From Macrostomum lignano (taxonomy: Eukaryota), in NCBI GenBank assembly GCA_002269645.1, contig NIVC01002447.1, forward strand, positions 147,447-211,446: a stretch of DNA of 64,000 nt, given 5' to 3'. The translations under genes and the position numbers were made by a program. Below the pieces are notes generated by a model. It saw only the letters and a list, made by a program, of their open reading frames with translations, did not search any database and had not been told where the DNA came from. Numbering within the stretch: position 1 is the first letter of the stretch; every line of letters begins with the position of its first letter. Below are positions 1 to 12,552 of this stretch, one piece after another.

Positions 1-879
1 GATCTAGAGTAGGGACTAATTTAAGTTGATGGTCCATATAATATATCCAACAAGCTTTCATTGGTATCATAGATTTAGTACTTTAGTTAGTATATAATAG
101 GTGGGCTTTATAGCAACTAAGCTAATATGTATCAATATATACTTAGCAGATATATAAAAAAATAAATAACGCATAGGCAAATAAACAATAAAAGTCAAGA
201 TCAAAGTGGTTAAAATATATTGAAGGTTGAAATGGGTTCAAATGGAAGAAAGTTAGGATATAACCTTTTAGTAAAATAACTTTTAGCTAAAAAGTTTTTG
301 ACAAAGCATCTAACTCTGTATGATTATAACAGTTAGTAACAATTTACTATTAAATAATTAATATGATTATACCCATCTACCCCTGCCCTATCTTCAATGC
401 CTTGCTCCAACCTGACCTACCTACTTTGCCTTGCCTTGCCCTAGGCTAAATTTGCCTTGAATTTTTAGTGAAAAAAACAATATTCCTGACTATCTTGAAT
501 CATAGGTCTAAAAATTTTCATTGCAAACAAACTAATCAAATTGGTGACAAAATGAATTTGTATGAATATTAGTAGATAAAAAGATGGCAAATATAGTCAG
601 ACAAGCTGTTGAAACCCGCGGATTTTGAACCCGGGGAATTCCAATCCCCGGAACTACTTTTGCCTATATTCTGAAATCTAAGGCCATACCCCATACACAA
701 ACAAATTAATAGTTAGTAGGATAGAGGTAGACATAAAATGGAGCACATTCGTGTAAAATTAGGGTTTGAGGCAAACATTTATACTGTTTGCTGGAATGCT
801 GGGGTACTCCACAGAATGCCAGGCAATGTCTGTCTGACTCTAAAACATGTATTGGCAAACTCTGGCCTCTCCCTGACTC

Positions 880-1385
880 TCCCTATGTCCCTTGGATCCT
901 TTAAAATTTCTATCGTCTCTTTTGTTTCCTTTCTTCTCTCTCATCCCTTGTCTCTTGTCTCTCCTCTCTCTTCTCTTGTATCTTCCCTCATCTCTCTTAT
1001 CTCATCTCTTCCCTATTCTTTTCTCTCTCCTCTCCTCTCTCCTTTCTACTTTTCATTTTCTCTCTGCTCTCCTCTCTCCTCTACTCTTTCATTTTCTCCC
1101 TCCTCTCCTCTCTCCTCTCTCCCCCTCTTCTCTCGTCTCTTCCTTCTCCTCTCTATTCTTTTCTCTCTTCTCTTAACTCTTTCCTCTCTCTCTCATCTCT
1201 CCCCTCTTCTCTCGTCTCTTCCCTCACCTCTTTCCTCTCATCTCTTTTCTTGTTTTATATCTTCTCTCTCCCCTCATCCCTCGTCTCTTCCCTCACCTGT
1301 CTTCTCTCTCGTCTGCTCTTTCATCTCTCCTTTCTCTTCTTTTATCTTTTCTCTCTTATCTCTTCTTGTTTCTATATGCTCTGCA

Positions 1386-1452
<67 letters not shown>

Positions 1453-1684
1453 ATCTCTCTTCTCCTCTCTACTCTTTCCCCTCTTCATTCTCCTATTTCC
1501 TCTTCTCTCTCCCTGTCTCTCCTCTAGTCTCTGTAATCTCTTCTCTCTTATCTCTCCTCTGTTCTCTGTACTATCCTATCTCTTGTCTGTTCATCTGCTC
1601 TCTCATCTGTCATCTTTACTCTCTTATACGTTCTCTCACTTATCTCCTCTGTACTCTTCTCTTTCACCTCTTCTGACTCCTCTC
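880..1684. repeat. CT-rich low-complexity tract including a pure (CT)n run at ~1389-1450
   Basis: Degenerate ctct/tctcc sequence; the overlapping Ser/Leu ORFs are artefacts of composition. Confidence 0.9.
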
Positions 1685-3019
1685 TATGAGCTGCATAAAA
1701 TGCAGTCATATTTGCAAAGGACGTCTGCACCAAAAACTTGCTGCGAAATTTGCATTTTGTTCTGTGTAGCCTTTAAGAGTTTACGTTCCCACGCGCCTGT
1801 TCTGCAGTGTTTTAAATAAAAGGAGAGACAGTGGAGGCGCTGGCTTCACTTTCCTCTTGCCCGCATCTGCGGGCCTAAAGGCATGGCCATTGCCTCGGCT
1901 GGGCTGTAGGCCGCAGCAGCCTGGGCCCAGAAAAACCGTGCTTCGAGTTCAATTCTTTGTTGTCTGACGTGAGCAGAAGGTGCAGGCAGGATGGACACAA
2001 AATCCTACCTGTTACAATGGTTCCCTGACCGCGTGAGTCTGCTAGACAAAGTTCCTGTCACGAAGGATAACAGAGGGTTGAATAGAAGCCGGTTGAAGGA
2101 CAGCACAACATCAGCAAATCGAGATCCGGCGACCAGAGGACATCTTGCGTCGTTGGCGTGCTTGACGGCATTAAGTCGCAATGGTGGTTCAGTTCAACTG
2201 CCACCACGGTGCAGCCGCCGCCCCAACTGACGCGTGTTCAACAGCCGTTCGGATGGATCAACAAGAAGAAAGTCAGCCCCGGCGTCACTGTCTCGGCGAC
2301 TGGCATGCAGATCAATTTTCCTGCCCTGAGAGGCGATGCGTCTCAAAAGCGGAGCAGTGTTTCAGCCCAAAGGCCAAGAGTCGCCTCCCCACAGCAAGAA
2401 GACTGCGAGGGAAATCTGCGGTGCATCTGGCAGGAAGACCAGAGCACGATCTGTGCATGCAAGAGACATGCCAGTGAAGCTACTTAAGATAGCTCACGAG
2501 GACTGCATGCCCGTTTCCGAGGTGGCGGACTTCAAGGTTGACCCCCTTAGAGCAGCGCGAACTGAAGAATGGTAGCGACCCGGCTGGAGGAGTCCAACAT
2601 TACTATACTCATGGCTGATATTTTCAAGTACGGTTCAACTTTCAACAATACTTCGAGGTGTCGAAGTTTTTTTGAACCACGGAGGGATATGAGCTGCATA
2701 AAATGCAGTCATATTTGCAAAGGACGTCTGCACCAAAAACTTGCTGCGAAATTTGCATTTTGTTCTGTGTAGCCTTTAAGAGTTTACGTTCCCACGCGCC
2801 TGTTCTGCAGTGTTTTAAATAAAAGGAGAGACAGTGGAGGCGCTCGCTTCACTTTTCTCTCGCCCGCATCTGCGGGCCTAAAGGCATGGCCATTGCCTCG
2901 GCTGGGCTGTAGGCCGCAGCAGCCTGGGCCCAGAAAAACCGTGCTTCGAGTTCAATTCTTTGTTATCCGACGTGAGCAGAAGGTGCAGGCAGGATGGACA
3001 CAAAATCCTACCTGTTACA
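1685..3019 (+). mobile_element. Small non-autonomous LTR retroelement (TRIM-like)
   Basis: Two ~332-bp direct repeats (1685-2016, 2688-3019) ending TTACA; PBS TGGTTCCCTGACCG at 2018-2031; purine run GGAGGGA just before the second repeat; CTCTC on both flanks (1680-1684, 3020-3024), a weak TSD given the CT-rich context. Confidence 0.8.
2018..2031 (+). promoter_or_regulatory. Primer binding site complementary to tRNA-Glu 3' end
   Basis: TGGTTCCCTGACCG is the reverse complement of the conserved animal tRNA-Glu(CTC) 3' end CGGUCAGGGAACCA; lies 1 nt after the 5' LTR. Confidence 0.8.
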
Positions 3020-3630
3020 CTCTCTTTTCTTACTCCTCCTCTTTTATCTTCCCTCTTCTATACTCTCTCTCTCATCTATTATCTTCTCTCGTCTCTCTGC
3101 ACTCTCCTCTCACCTTTTTCATCTCTCATCTCTTCTTTCATCTGTCTCATCTCTACAATCTCATCTTTTCCTCTCTCCTCCTCTTCCCTTTACTCTCTTA
3201 TCTATATCTCTTCTCTTCTCACCCCTTCTCTCCCCCTTTTATATCTCCTCTCTTTTCTATCCTTTCTACTCTCTCCTCTTTAATCTCTCCTCTCCTCTTG
3301 ACCCTCTGTCATATTCTTTCTGCTCTCTCATCTCTACTCTCTTCTCACTCTTCGCTACTCTCCTCTCATCGATCCTCTGTCTCATCTCTCCCCTCTTCTC
3401 ACCTTTACTCTCTCCTCTCCCTCCTCTCTCCCCTCTGTCTCATCTCTCCCCTCTTCTCACCTTTACTCTCTCCTCTCCCTCCTCTCTCCCCTCTTCTCCC
3501 TTTTCCTCCCCTCTTCTCTGCTCTCTCCTCACCACTTGTCTCTCCTCTTATATTCCATGTTTTCTCATATCCCCCTCTCGCCTCTCCTCTCTTCTAATAG
3601 TCTATTCCTTCTCTTTTCCACTCTCATCTG
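3020..3630. repeat. Continuation of the CT-rich low-complexity tract
   Basis: Same composition as 880-1684; interrupted by the TRIM insertion. Confidence 0.85.
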
Positions 3631-3928
3631 GCCCGCACATAAGCTGGATACTGGATTCTTTATCTGGCTTTTGAAGTAAAAGTCTGCCCATTCCTGCTTG
3701 GAAAGCCAGTTTGTGGGACGTAGTACTCTCATGGCTGTTCTCATGCTTTGATCATGTCATCTTTCTTGCCAATTTGCAGTCCTGAAAGGAATTTGTGTAT
3801 TTTCAGCTCCACTGCAGTCTGCATCAGTCTAACAACCAAGGAAATACGCATTTCTTAGGACATTTAAAATTTAAAGTACTTTTAAGAGAAACCTAAAATT
3901 TCCATGGTGTGCCTAATTTAGTAGGGTT

Positions 3929-4843
3929 GTATTGCATTGCATCGCATTGCCTTTTCATAAATCTTTCGCTTTTACAAACCATGCTGGATTCCCTCAATTT
4001 GCCAATTGCCATCCACTGTTAAACTGGTGCAGAGTTTGCCAATAAAGAGGGCAGTGGTTAGAATTTCTCACTAAACTGTTATGGCTAAACGTAGCCTCTC
4101 CACTCTCGGGGTGCAGAGAAGGCTATAAATAAAGTTATTCCAAACACTGTACATTTGCTATGTACATTCAGTCCTATCGCCTGACCCTTTGTCTGAGCTG
4201 GGGGAATGAGTGAGTGAGTGGCACAAACAACAGAAAAAGCAGACAAACTTTACATGCTTACAGTTTCTATCCTGATTGAGATACAGAGTTGAGACTTTAC
4301 ATATAGGCAGAGAATGAGTCAATAAAGAATTGTGTCAAATTTGAAGTCAATCGCTTCACGTGTAGCAAAACTATGGCAGCTGAAAGTTAGGCATTTTAAA
4401 ACCTATTCACACCCTTAGCCCAGATCGGGAAAGAGAGGCAGGTGGGCGGAGGTTGGGGTGGCTGCCTCGCTGAAAAAAACAGCCCAACTTTAAAAGTGCA
4501 CAGCACCGCTCAGGATTAACTTTGAGACTCAAAATTTTACATGATTGTGCCAAAATAGTTGAAAATTGCCTGTGTCAAATTTGAAGAGAATCGGTAGAAG
4601 TAAAGCGGCGCTATGGAGGATTAAGTGAAAAAATCACGCATTTTGAGCAGTTTTTGTACTTTTAGGTAGGAAGACTTGAGTCTAGGAAATTAAAAGGTAG
4701 CCTAAGACATTCTCTGTAGTAGGTTTAGGGTGGGTGTAAAGTTTGGTGTAATTTGGTTGAGCAGTTTGGGAGTCCATAGCGATCAAAATTGTCCACACAC
4801 AGACAGACAGACAGACAGAGTTTTGATTTTTATATGTAGAGAT
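3929..4843. mobile_element. Possible non-autonomous Helitron/Helentron (HINE/DINE-like) repeat; boundaries approximate
   Basis: (ATTGC)n-like start, internal repeated tgtgtcaaatttgaag motifs, (GACA)n microsatellite at ~4800-4818 followed by ttttatatgtagagat, a layout typical of invertebrate HINEs. Confidence 0.35.
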
Positions 4844-5089
4844 AAAATAATCATTAGCAACTTTGTATATATAAAAGCCATGACTATCATTGCTCTAAAT
4901 AGGGCTTATTGCTTAGAAAAACAAAGTTGCTCTGTTCTGTTTTAGTGTTTTATTGTTTTTTAATAAGCTAGTTGGGACTCCTTAAAACTAAAAAATCACT
5001 TTAACTATAAGAAAAAAATTACAAATGCTCCTGCAGAATAACCTAGACAACAAATTTTTGTTAACAATGTTTTATACAAATCTATAGTT

Positions 5090-5876
5090 GGCTCATTCCA
5101 TATAAGCATGGTCGTAACATGACAGGTTATTTTCACTTATAAAATGAAATCTAATAATAGAATATACTAAACCAATATTTTAAATGAAAGATTATTTTGT
5201 CTAGAATATATTTATAGAGTTTCATATAGATATCATCATTAGTATAGATGCTATTAAACCTTAAATGACACTTATGGTCGTAACGACAGGATTTTTGACA
5301 TATAGAAACTAAAAGGTAAAAGTCTTATAACATTTTTCATTTTTGATATTTTGCAATACATTTTTAAAATTGGACTAAGAACATCTTTAGAAATCATACT
5401 CTTTTATTAGAATAAATAAACTCAAAAGGCAACAAAGATACAAAAGAAAAGGCAGCCTTATGGTCGTAACATTATGGTCATAACATATTTTTTTCTGTCA
5501 ATTCAGTAACTTTGAAGTACTAATACATTAAAAATATAATAGATTATTTGGTCACCAATGCTTTTATCTGATGATGCAAGTACTATACTTTTATCTATAG
5601 TTTGTTTCAACCTTCAAAAGCTTTCTATTTGTTTTTAAAAGGTACAAAATCTTAATGATGTCTTTTGCTTCGAAAAATGTCCAAATTTTTACAAAAATGA
5701 CTTTTTGCCAATTGATAAAATACTAATCCAACATTTTACCATTCCTTTATTCTTAGATTGTATATATTGCACAATATAAACATTTGGTAAAAAAAATAGG
5801 CTAATTAGGCAATGGCAAGCAAAAATATTGACTTTTTTCTATTTTCCAAATATGTGTATCTTATATGGAATGAGCC
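5090..5876. mobile_element. MITE with 17-bp terminal inverted repeats and 4-bp TSD
   Basis: GGCTCATTCCATATAAG (5090-5106) / CTTATATGGAATGAGCC (5860-5876); AGTT on both sides; internal repeated ATGGTCGTAAC motif. Confidence 0.7.
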
Positions 5877-5888
5877 AGTTTATTTTTT

Positions 5889-6000
5889 GGCAATCCTGAA
5901 GATTCCCGCATTTAATTATAACCCCCATCCCCCACCACCCTTGAATAGAGGGTGAAATAATTCCATAAAATAATTTAACGCGGGAATCTTCAGGATTGCC
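5889..6000. repeat. Short fold-back element with 21-bp inverted repeats
   Basis: GGCAATCCTGAAGATTCCCGC ... GCGGGAATCTTCAGGATTGCC; no clear TSD. Confidence 0.65.
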
Positions 6001-9000
6001 TATTTATCTATTTTCTATTTTCTTTAATGTTTTCTATTTTAATATTTTCTATAGTTAGACTCAAAATTAGTTTAATACAAACATCAAATACTTACATTTA
6101 TGGACTGTGCAGTAGTGCTATATACAGAAAACAAAATTGCAGCAAAAGCAAAAGTAATTATGTCTTTTAAACCCATTTTTTATAAGCCTATTAATAATAA
6201 AAATATCAAATATGAAAATCTTGAACTGGATAAGGATTATTTTAACAAAGCTATAACCACTAATAGTTTAGATAGAGCTGAAGTTAGTGCAATAGAACTT
6301 CTGACTAAAATTAGTCACGACTTTGAATCACTTAAATTCTAGATTAGGCCTACGGCTTAGGGTTTTATGGGGTAGGGCGTTGGCCAATAATTGAATAAAA
6401 GAGTAACTAATATAAAAGATAGGTAGGCTGTTTTTAAAATCGATTTTTTCAAAGATTAAACACTAATAGAAAAGAACACCAAAACTTTTTAATGCAACAA
6501 CTAAAAATGGTTCGTTCTAGACACTCGTGTCTTTTTAAATACATAAAGTCGTCAGAAGACATATATGATGATCAGTTCTACAACGAAGATTTTTCTACTC
6601 TTAAAATGATGCGCGCAAATACAATATAAGTAACTTGTAAATAATTACAAAAAGACTCAATAAACCTTTGAACTGCAATTCCTGCAGACCAATTAGGTTC
6701 CTGTGAAAAAAACTGAATCCAATCTTGCTCAGTTTGTTAAGCTCTGTAATAAAAAGTTCTTTGAAAAGCAAACACACAAATTTATTAAAAACCACTGTAC
6801 GAGCTAGTTTAGTACCACAAGACGGACATGCCGTTATTGAACTTACTGCCGTTACAGGCAGGTGGCATGCAGCATTTAGGTTTGGAGCAGTGGAGAAACT
6901 CGATAGACAGGTTTCTCTTTATATTGTGCACATTGATTTGTTTTAAAAATCCAAGTATAAGTGTTTTCCTGAATTGAATTTAATTTTAAGTTGAAGTTTG
7001 GGTGTCACAACAATAGTTTTTTAAAAGCCTACTTGTGTTGTGTATGAAAACCACTTTATTTATTTGACATATATGGGCCTAATTTTGATAAACACTATGC
7101 CCCTGCCCCTGGTTGTTTTAATAAGCTTTTTGGGACTCCTCAATAGCTAATAATCACTTTAACAGGCCCCTATAAGAAAAAATATAGTTTAAGACAAGTG
7201 GGAACAGGACATTTCGTCCAAAGACTTTTCGTCCAGGTCTCTTTGCCCAGATGAGACATTTTGTCCAAGGGGTATGACATTACATCCAATTGGTATAACA
7301 TTTTGTCTAAGTCTGATATACAAATTTTAGTCTAGGCCTAATCAATGGAAGTGTTTTAGTGAGGGTGCATCACTGCATTTGAGTGTGTACTCTGGTGCTT
7401 GCATGCTAATTCCCACATAACTTATCCATCCTTGTTCTCTCTCTAAAATTACACCCATACATATATGCCATGGTATACTATACTATATTGTAATTTGTAA
7501 GCTTCAACATTAATTGTAGCCTAGAATTATACATGATTAAAAATTTGGGCATTCTTTTGTTTTACAATCCTTATTCCTAGGCAGTTCGTTATATGATCCC
7601 CATGTAAAAGATGTAATCAAAGAATAAAAACCAGATGAAACAGTATCCATGAGTCAAATTCATTGCAACAAGGTAGTTTCAATTGATATCTATTTGATTT
7701 GAAGTGGAGTTCAACCAAAATAAGGCAATCAAACACAGCCACAACAAGATTCTTAGCAAGAAAAGGACATCTTTATATTCATTTTCGTTATTCACAATTA
7801 TTTAAATAGAAGAAATATATGCAAAAAGATTGGATAATGAAACTTGGGCTTTTCATCAATTTTGTAATACAATAGGCCTAGGCCTACCCAAGTTAAAAAT
7901 TTGTTTGTAGGGAATTGTATATTAAAAATGAAATCAAGGTATTGCATTTATAGATGAAGTAAAAATAGTTCATATACTATCTAATAATTCCATGCCTAAT
8001 CCCTTTCCCCTCAATTTGTGTTTTATGATCCCCTTACAGTATAGACAATATTGTTTCATGTTGTTGGGGATTATATAATGAAAGTTAAGAGGGGTTAAAA
8101 AAAAGAAAGGAGAGATACCAAAAAATTACAATTTACTTTTATGGAATCTCTATCATGTATCCTAAGACAAGGGTTTGTACATGTTATATAATCCCCTATA
8201 AACAAATTTTCAACTTGGGGCATTGTATTACAAAATTGATAAAAAGCCCAAATTTCCTTATCTAATCCCTTTCCATACATTTCTTATATTTGAATGATCA
8301 TATTCTCGTAGGGCTTACTTCTGTCTTCTAATTATCACACTAATTGCCACCAAATTGTTATAGGTTTATAATTTCCTCTATTAAATTTCTATTGCTAACA
8401 CTAAATCTTGCCTTAATGTTTCTAACTGCTTCTTAAAATTTCATTTTGAATATCTCTGGATAGCATCTTTAGTAGCATTTCTAGTAGCATTCTGGTAGCA
8501 TTTCTAGTAGTGTTCTGGTAGCTTATAGCCTGAGCGGTCTAGTACTGGTACATGTTTTAGTAAATAGTCGTAATTGGGCATTCACCGAGACTAGAGGGTC
8601 ACGGTGCCTCTTAGTATGCTTCTGTGAATTATTCCCCAATTCTCTTTTCTTAGCAAGTTTCTTGAATCTTGGTACTGCTCTCAGCTTTTGTAAATGAATA
8701 AGTTGCTATTGAACTCAAAAGACTTTGAAATGTATTGATTGAACTGCTATTTTGTTTGCAATGTTTTGCTTACAGGTCCAGACAGTTGGTTTTATTTGCT
8801 GCAAAATTGCTACTATATATACCCCTGATTTCCCGATATTTTTATAACAAAAAATATTTCCCTAATTTATTTCATGCATTAAAACAAATGATTTTACTGT
8901 ATTATAGAAAACATTTAGTGTATTTAAACAAACTATTATTAAATATTTCATGTAAATTTGATTTCTAAGAAAGGCTACAATATTATTCAATTATATAGAT

Positions 9001-10523
9001 ATTACATGGAAAAAAATATTTGAGCATACTATTATAAAGGCATTAGTACTAGTTAAGTATAACAAAAGTGAATATAGAGACTCCCTACTCTTGCCAAGAA
9101 TTGTGGCTTACAATTAATTAGAGTAATCATGCTTTAAATATTTGCATCATATTACCTTGATAGAGAATTTATATCCTCATTGATCTACCAGACTAGGCCT
9201 GCCTCGTGTTGTACCATCATTGATAAGTAGAAAATAGCTGCTGACAAAGCTAGTATGACTGTGGCCCTGATTCAATAAGGAGCTGCTGAGGGAGCTAGTG
9301 CAACTGCAGCCCCAATTTGATGAAAAGCTGCTGATAGAGCTAGCGCGACTGCAGCCCTGATTTGATGAGGAGCTTCTTATACTGCACACCTCACAGATCC
9401 ACTTCAGACTCTGTGCACCCCAACATGTGGCCCAATATTGTGGTCTGGAAATTCTAGTGCTGCACATTCAATGCTACCAATGGCTGCACTTATTGTATGC
9501 CATAGCTTCTTGTCGTGGCAGTACAGACTTTTTGCACCTAATGCACTTGTCATCAGTGTTGCTACAGGCTGCGTTTTTAACGCAGCTGGGTTTTTTCTTT
9601 GAAAAATCTGCGTTTGTGCATTTTTTTCTGCGTTTTTTTTCATTCTGCATTTTTACTTGCTAGCTGTTTTGTTGGTGACTTAAGTGGTCCTTTTTGCTGT
9701 TGTATTATCTAAAATCCCACGTTTTATGTTTGTTGCATCAGCTTTGTTTATCTTAAAATCCATTGTTTTAAAAATACAAAGAAAACTACTTCATGCATTT
9801 GGGGTCGCTTCACAAGCTCGAAATTTCACAACCTCGAAAAGCATATCCTTTCATAAATCCAAAACTTCATAGGCTCGAAAATTCACAACCTCAAAGACCA
9901 TTTTAGCAGCCAACTTCATAAGCTTGAATCTTCACATCCTCGAAAACCATTTTAGCAGCCAACTTCAAAAGCTCAAAATTTCACATCCTCAAAAGTTTTA
10001 GCAGCCGACTTCACTTTTAGTCTTTGGTTTGGGTTAGGATTGGCTAGGGTTAGGCTAGTATAGTGTTTTGAGGATGTGAAATTTCGAGCTTATGAAGTTG
10101 GCTGCTAAAATGGTTTTTAGCAGCTGGAAGCAGCACCTGGAGCGGCAGCGGGAGGAGAATGAGGAGAAGCAGAAGAAGTTGGCAAAGGAGAGAGAGTTGG
10201 CAGTAGAAATTGCACAGGAAATTAAGAAGGCAACACACTCTGCACAGTTGCAGGCATAGGATGAGAGCATACGGAAGAGGATACTGGAGGTAGATGCACA
10301 AGCAGACAGAGCTACCGCAATGCTTGACGAATATCAGCGACAGGTAGCTGCCCTAGCGATTGAGTGCAAGACACTGGAGAAGGAGACTGAGGGCCTCAAA
10401 GAGAAAAAGAGAAAGTTGGAGGAGAAGGCGACCAAGTCTACCATCGCCAGTTATTTCAAAAAGTGACGCCGGTAACTTTTGGTAACAATGATTTTTGGGC
10501 TTACATAGACATAAATAGATAGG

Positions 10524-10741
10524 CAGTGTTGGGCAAGTTCACGAAAAAGGAACTTTCGTACAACGAACTTTTGAACTTTATGCAAGGGCATTTCCTACTT
10601 GGTCAGTCATGCTCGAGTAACAACCATTTCTTTACCTCATTCTACTGCCAAACAGTTAAAAATGATCTCATTCTCCTATTCTTTCAATATCATTTTAAAA
10701 ATGAATTGAACTTTTCCAAAAATAAACTTTGCCAAACACTG
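10524..10741. mobile_element. Possible degenerate hAT-like MITE
   Basis: Imperfect TIRs CAGTGTTGGGCAAGTT / AAACTTTGCCAAACACTG; no matching 8-bp TSD. Confidence 0.3.
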
Positions 10742-11030
10742 CATATGGGGATACAGGGTTTGCAACAAAGATGCATCCAGGTATGATCTAGGCATCAGTT
10801 TTATTTTACATGCATTTTATTACGAACAGCTATGCTCGCAATCTTGCTCTTTGAGTGACTGAGAGGGTAGAGACAGTGAGAACTGAAAGAGTAACAGATG
10901 ACATGAATTTTTACATTTATTCTTCAAGTTGTTGCATTGTTGTCGTGCTGTTTCCATGTATGTTTGCATCGGCCATCGATCGAGATACACATATTGCACG
11001 TATACGTACTCACTGTCGCTCTTATATGTA

Positions 11031-11524
11031 TAGGTTGTCCAATGTCTAGAAAGTTCTGTCCATTTTTTTATACAAATGTTCGTTCGACTATTTTTCATGA
11101 ATAACCTGGTTTCAGTCGGTAATGTATGCGACATCGGTGTCCACGGTCCACCACCTGTCGCCAGCGGTGTGGTGTGGCAGGGAACCAACGCCGTCCCTGT
11201 AGAACTGCTCTGGCCGAGAGTCGAAAAAGTTGCCGATCTCCAAGATGAGGGCCAGTTCGTTGTCGAAGCTCTTGCCTTGCAGATGCCGGTCAATGGCGTG
11301 GAATAGATAGATAGAGCAAGCAGTGCAAAAGGTGCTCTTTATCATGTGCCATTCTTTGCTGGAAAGAAGCAACTTTCAGTTAGATGCAGGTGGTGGTAGA
11401 AAGGTGAGTAACATGTATTGCTAATAGGCAAATATGAACAACAATGGATAATAGATAAGAAAGTTTTAGTATAAGGAAGTTAGACCATGTGAAAAAATCG
11501 GACAGAACTTTCTGGACAACCCAA
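11031..11524 (-). mobile_element. Internally deleted mariner/Tc1 transposon relic
   Basis: Imperfect TIRs (TAGGTTGTCC...AGAAAGTTCTGTCC / GGACAGAACTTTCTGGACAACCCAA) flanked by TA; minus-strand peptide LFHAIDRHLQGKSF...FFDSRPEQFYRDGV...W..VD..AYITD resembles the mariner transposase C-terminus. Confidence 0.75.
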
Positions 11525-12396
11525 TAAGTGCAGGATAAGTTGCGTATCCTAGTTTGTCTGTTAGCCAATATCCATCGGCCAATTTTTGTGCACTCGCTGG
11601 CCGCTGCTGATTAAAGAGGAAAAACATAAATTTTTGCATGTGACCATTTATGACATCTGCTGGTTGGCTGGTAGCCATGTTGATTTTGGAATAAAATGTA
11701 CTGATGTACTCTCAGCCTTTTTACTATCGTATTGCTCAGCATTGTCGTGATTTTCTATTATGCATTCGATATAAGAACATGTTTCGTTGCTAATGTATCT
11801 TGTTGTTAATCATCCTAGGGCTGCTAGTCACTTGTGTGCATTTATACAGTATAGTTGTATGTCCAGGGCACAGTGCTAGGATGTTTCAGGGCCTAGATCA
11901 TTTCTCTGTATTCTACTAATAGTGCAATGTAAATTTGTTCCTCGAACTCCTTGATGTCGTTCATCATTATTTGCTCAACAGACAAGGGTACAGCCTGCAG
12001 TTGTGCAACTCGAGAACAGCTTCTTAATACTTGTATTAGCTACTGACTGGCATCTAACATGTAATGTACTAGCAGTTCGCATCTAAAAATTAAGGACAGC
12101 AGGCTTCGGATTTGTTAAGAAAATTGTTGCTTTACACGGTGCCGTGTACATATGCAAAAACACAGAGCACACCCACGTAGGCAGGGCAGAGGCATGAATG
12201 TACAATAGAGTAGTTCTGAGCTTCATTATAATTTTTAGTACTACCTGCGTTTTTTTTATTGACTGCGTCTATTTTTTTCAAATGCCTGTAGCAACACTGC
12301 TTGTCATCAGACATTGTATTTGTAATTTTGGCTTAGGCCCTAGTGTGTCAAAAGGTGACTCGTTGAATTTATATTGCATGTACAACACATGCTTGG

Positions 12397-12552
12397 GTGC
12401 AACCTTGGGATTCACTCGGCCATTTCTATTGGCAACATACACATGTAAGTCGCTATTGGACGGAATAGTAGTCACGTGACTGCTCTCAGCCAATAGTGAC
12501 TTACATGTGTGTGTTGCCAATAGAAATGGCCAGGTGATTCCCAAAGTTGTGC
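12397..12552. repeat. Imperfect long hairpin
   Basis: GGCCATTTCTATTGGCAACATACACATGTAAGTCGCTATTGG pairs with CCAATAGTGACTTACATGTGTGTGTTGCCAATAGAAATGGCC, with further outer pairing. Confidence 0.7.

Noticed and set aside
738-3674. Long Ser/Leu-rich ORFs (312, 234, 226 aa etc.)
   Set aside because: Translations of CT-rich low-complexity DNA, open in several frames at once
7200-7320. Repeated GACATTT(T/C)GTCC motifs suggestive of MITE subterminal repeats
   Set aside because: No partner inverted end or TSD found
10055-10466. Glu/Lys-rich coiled-coil-like stretch on the plus strand
   Set aside because: No start or splice model or family motif identifiable; possibly a decayed transposon ORF
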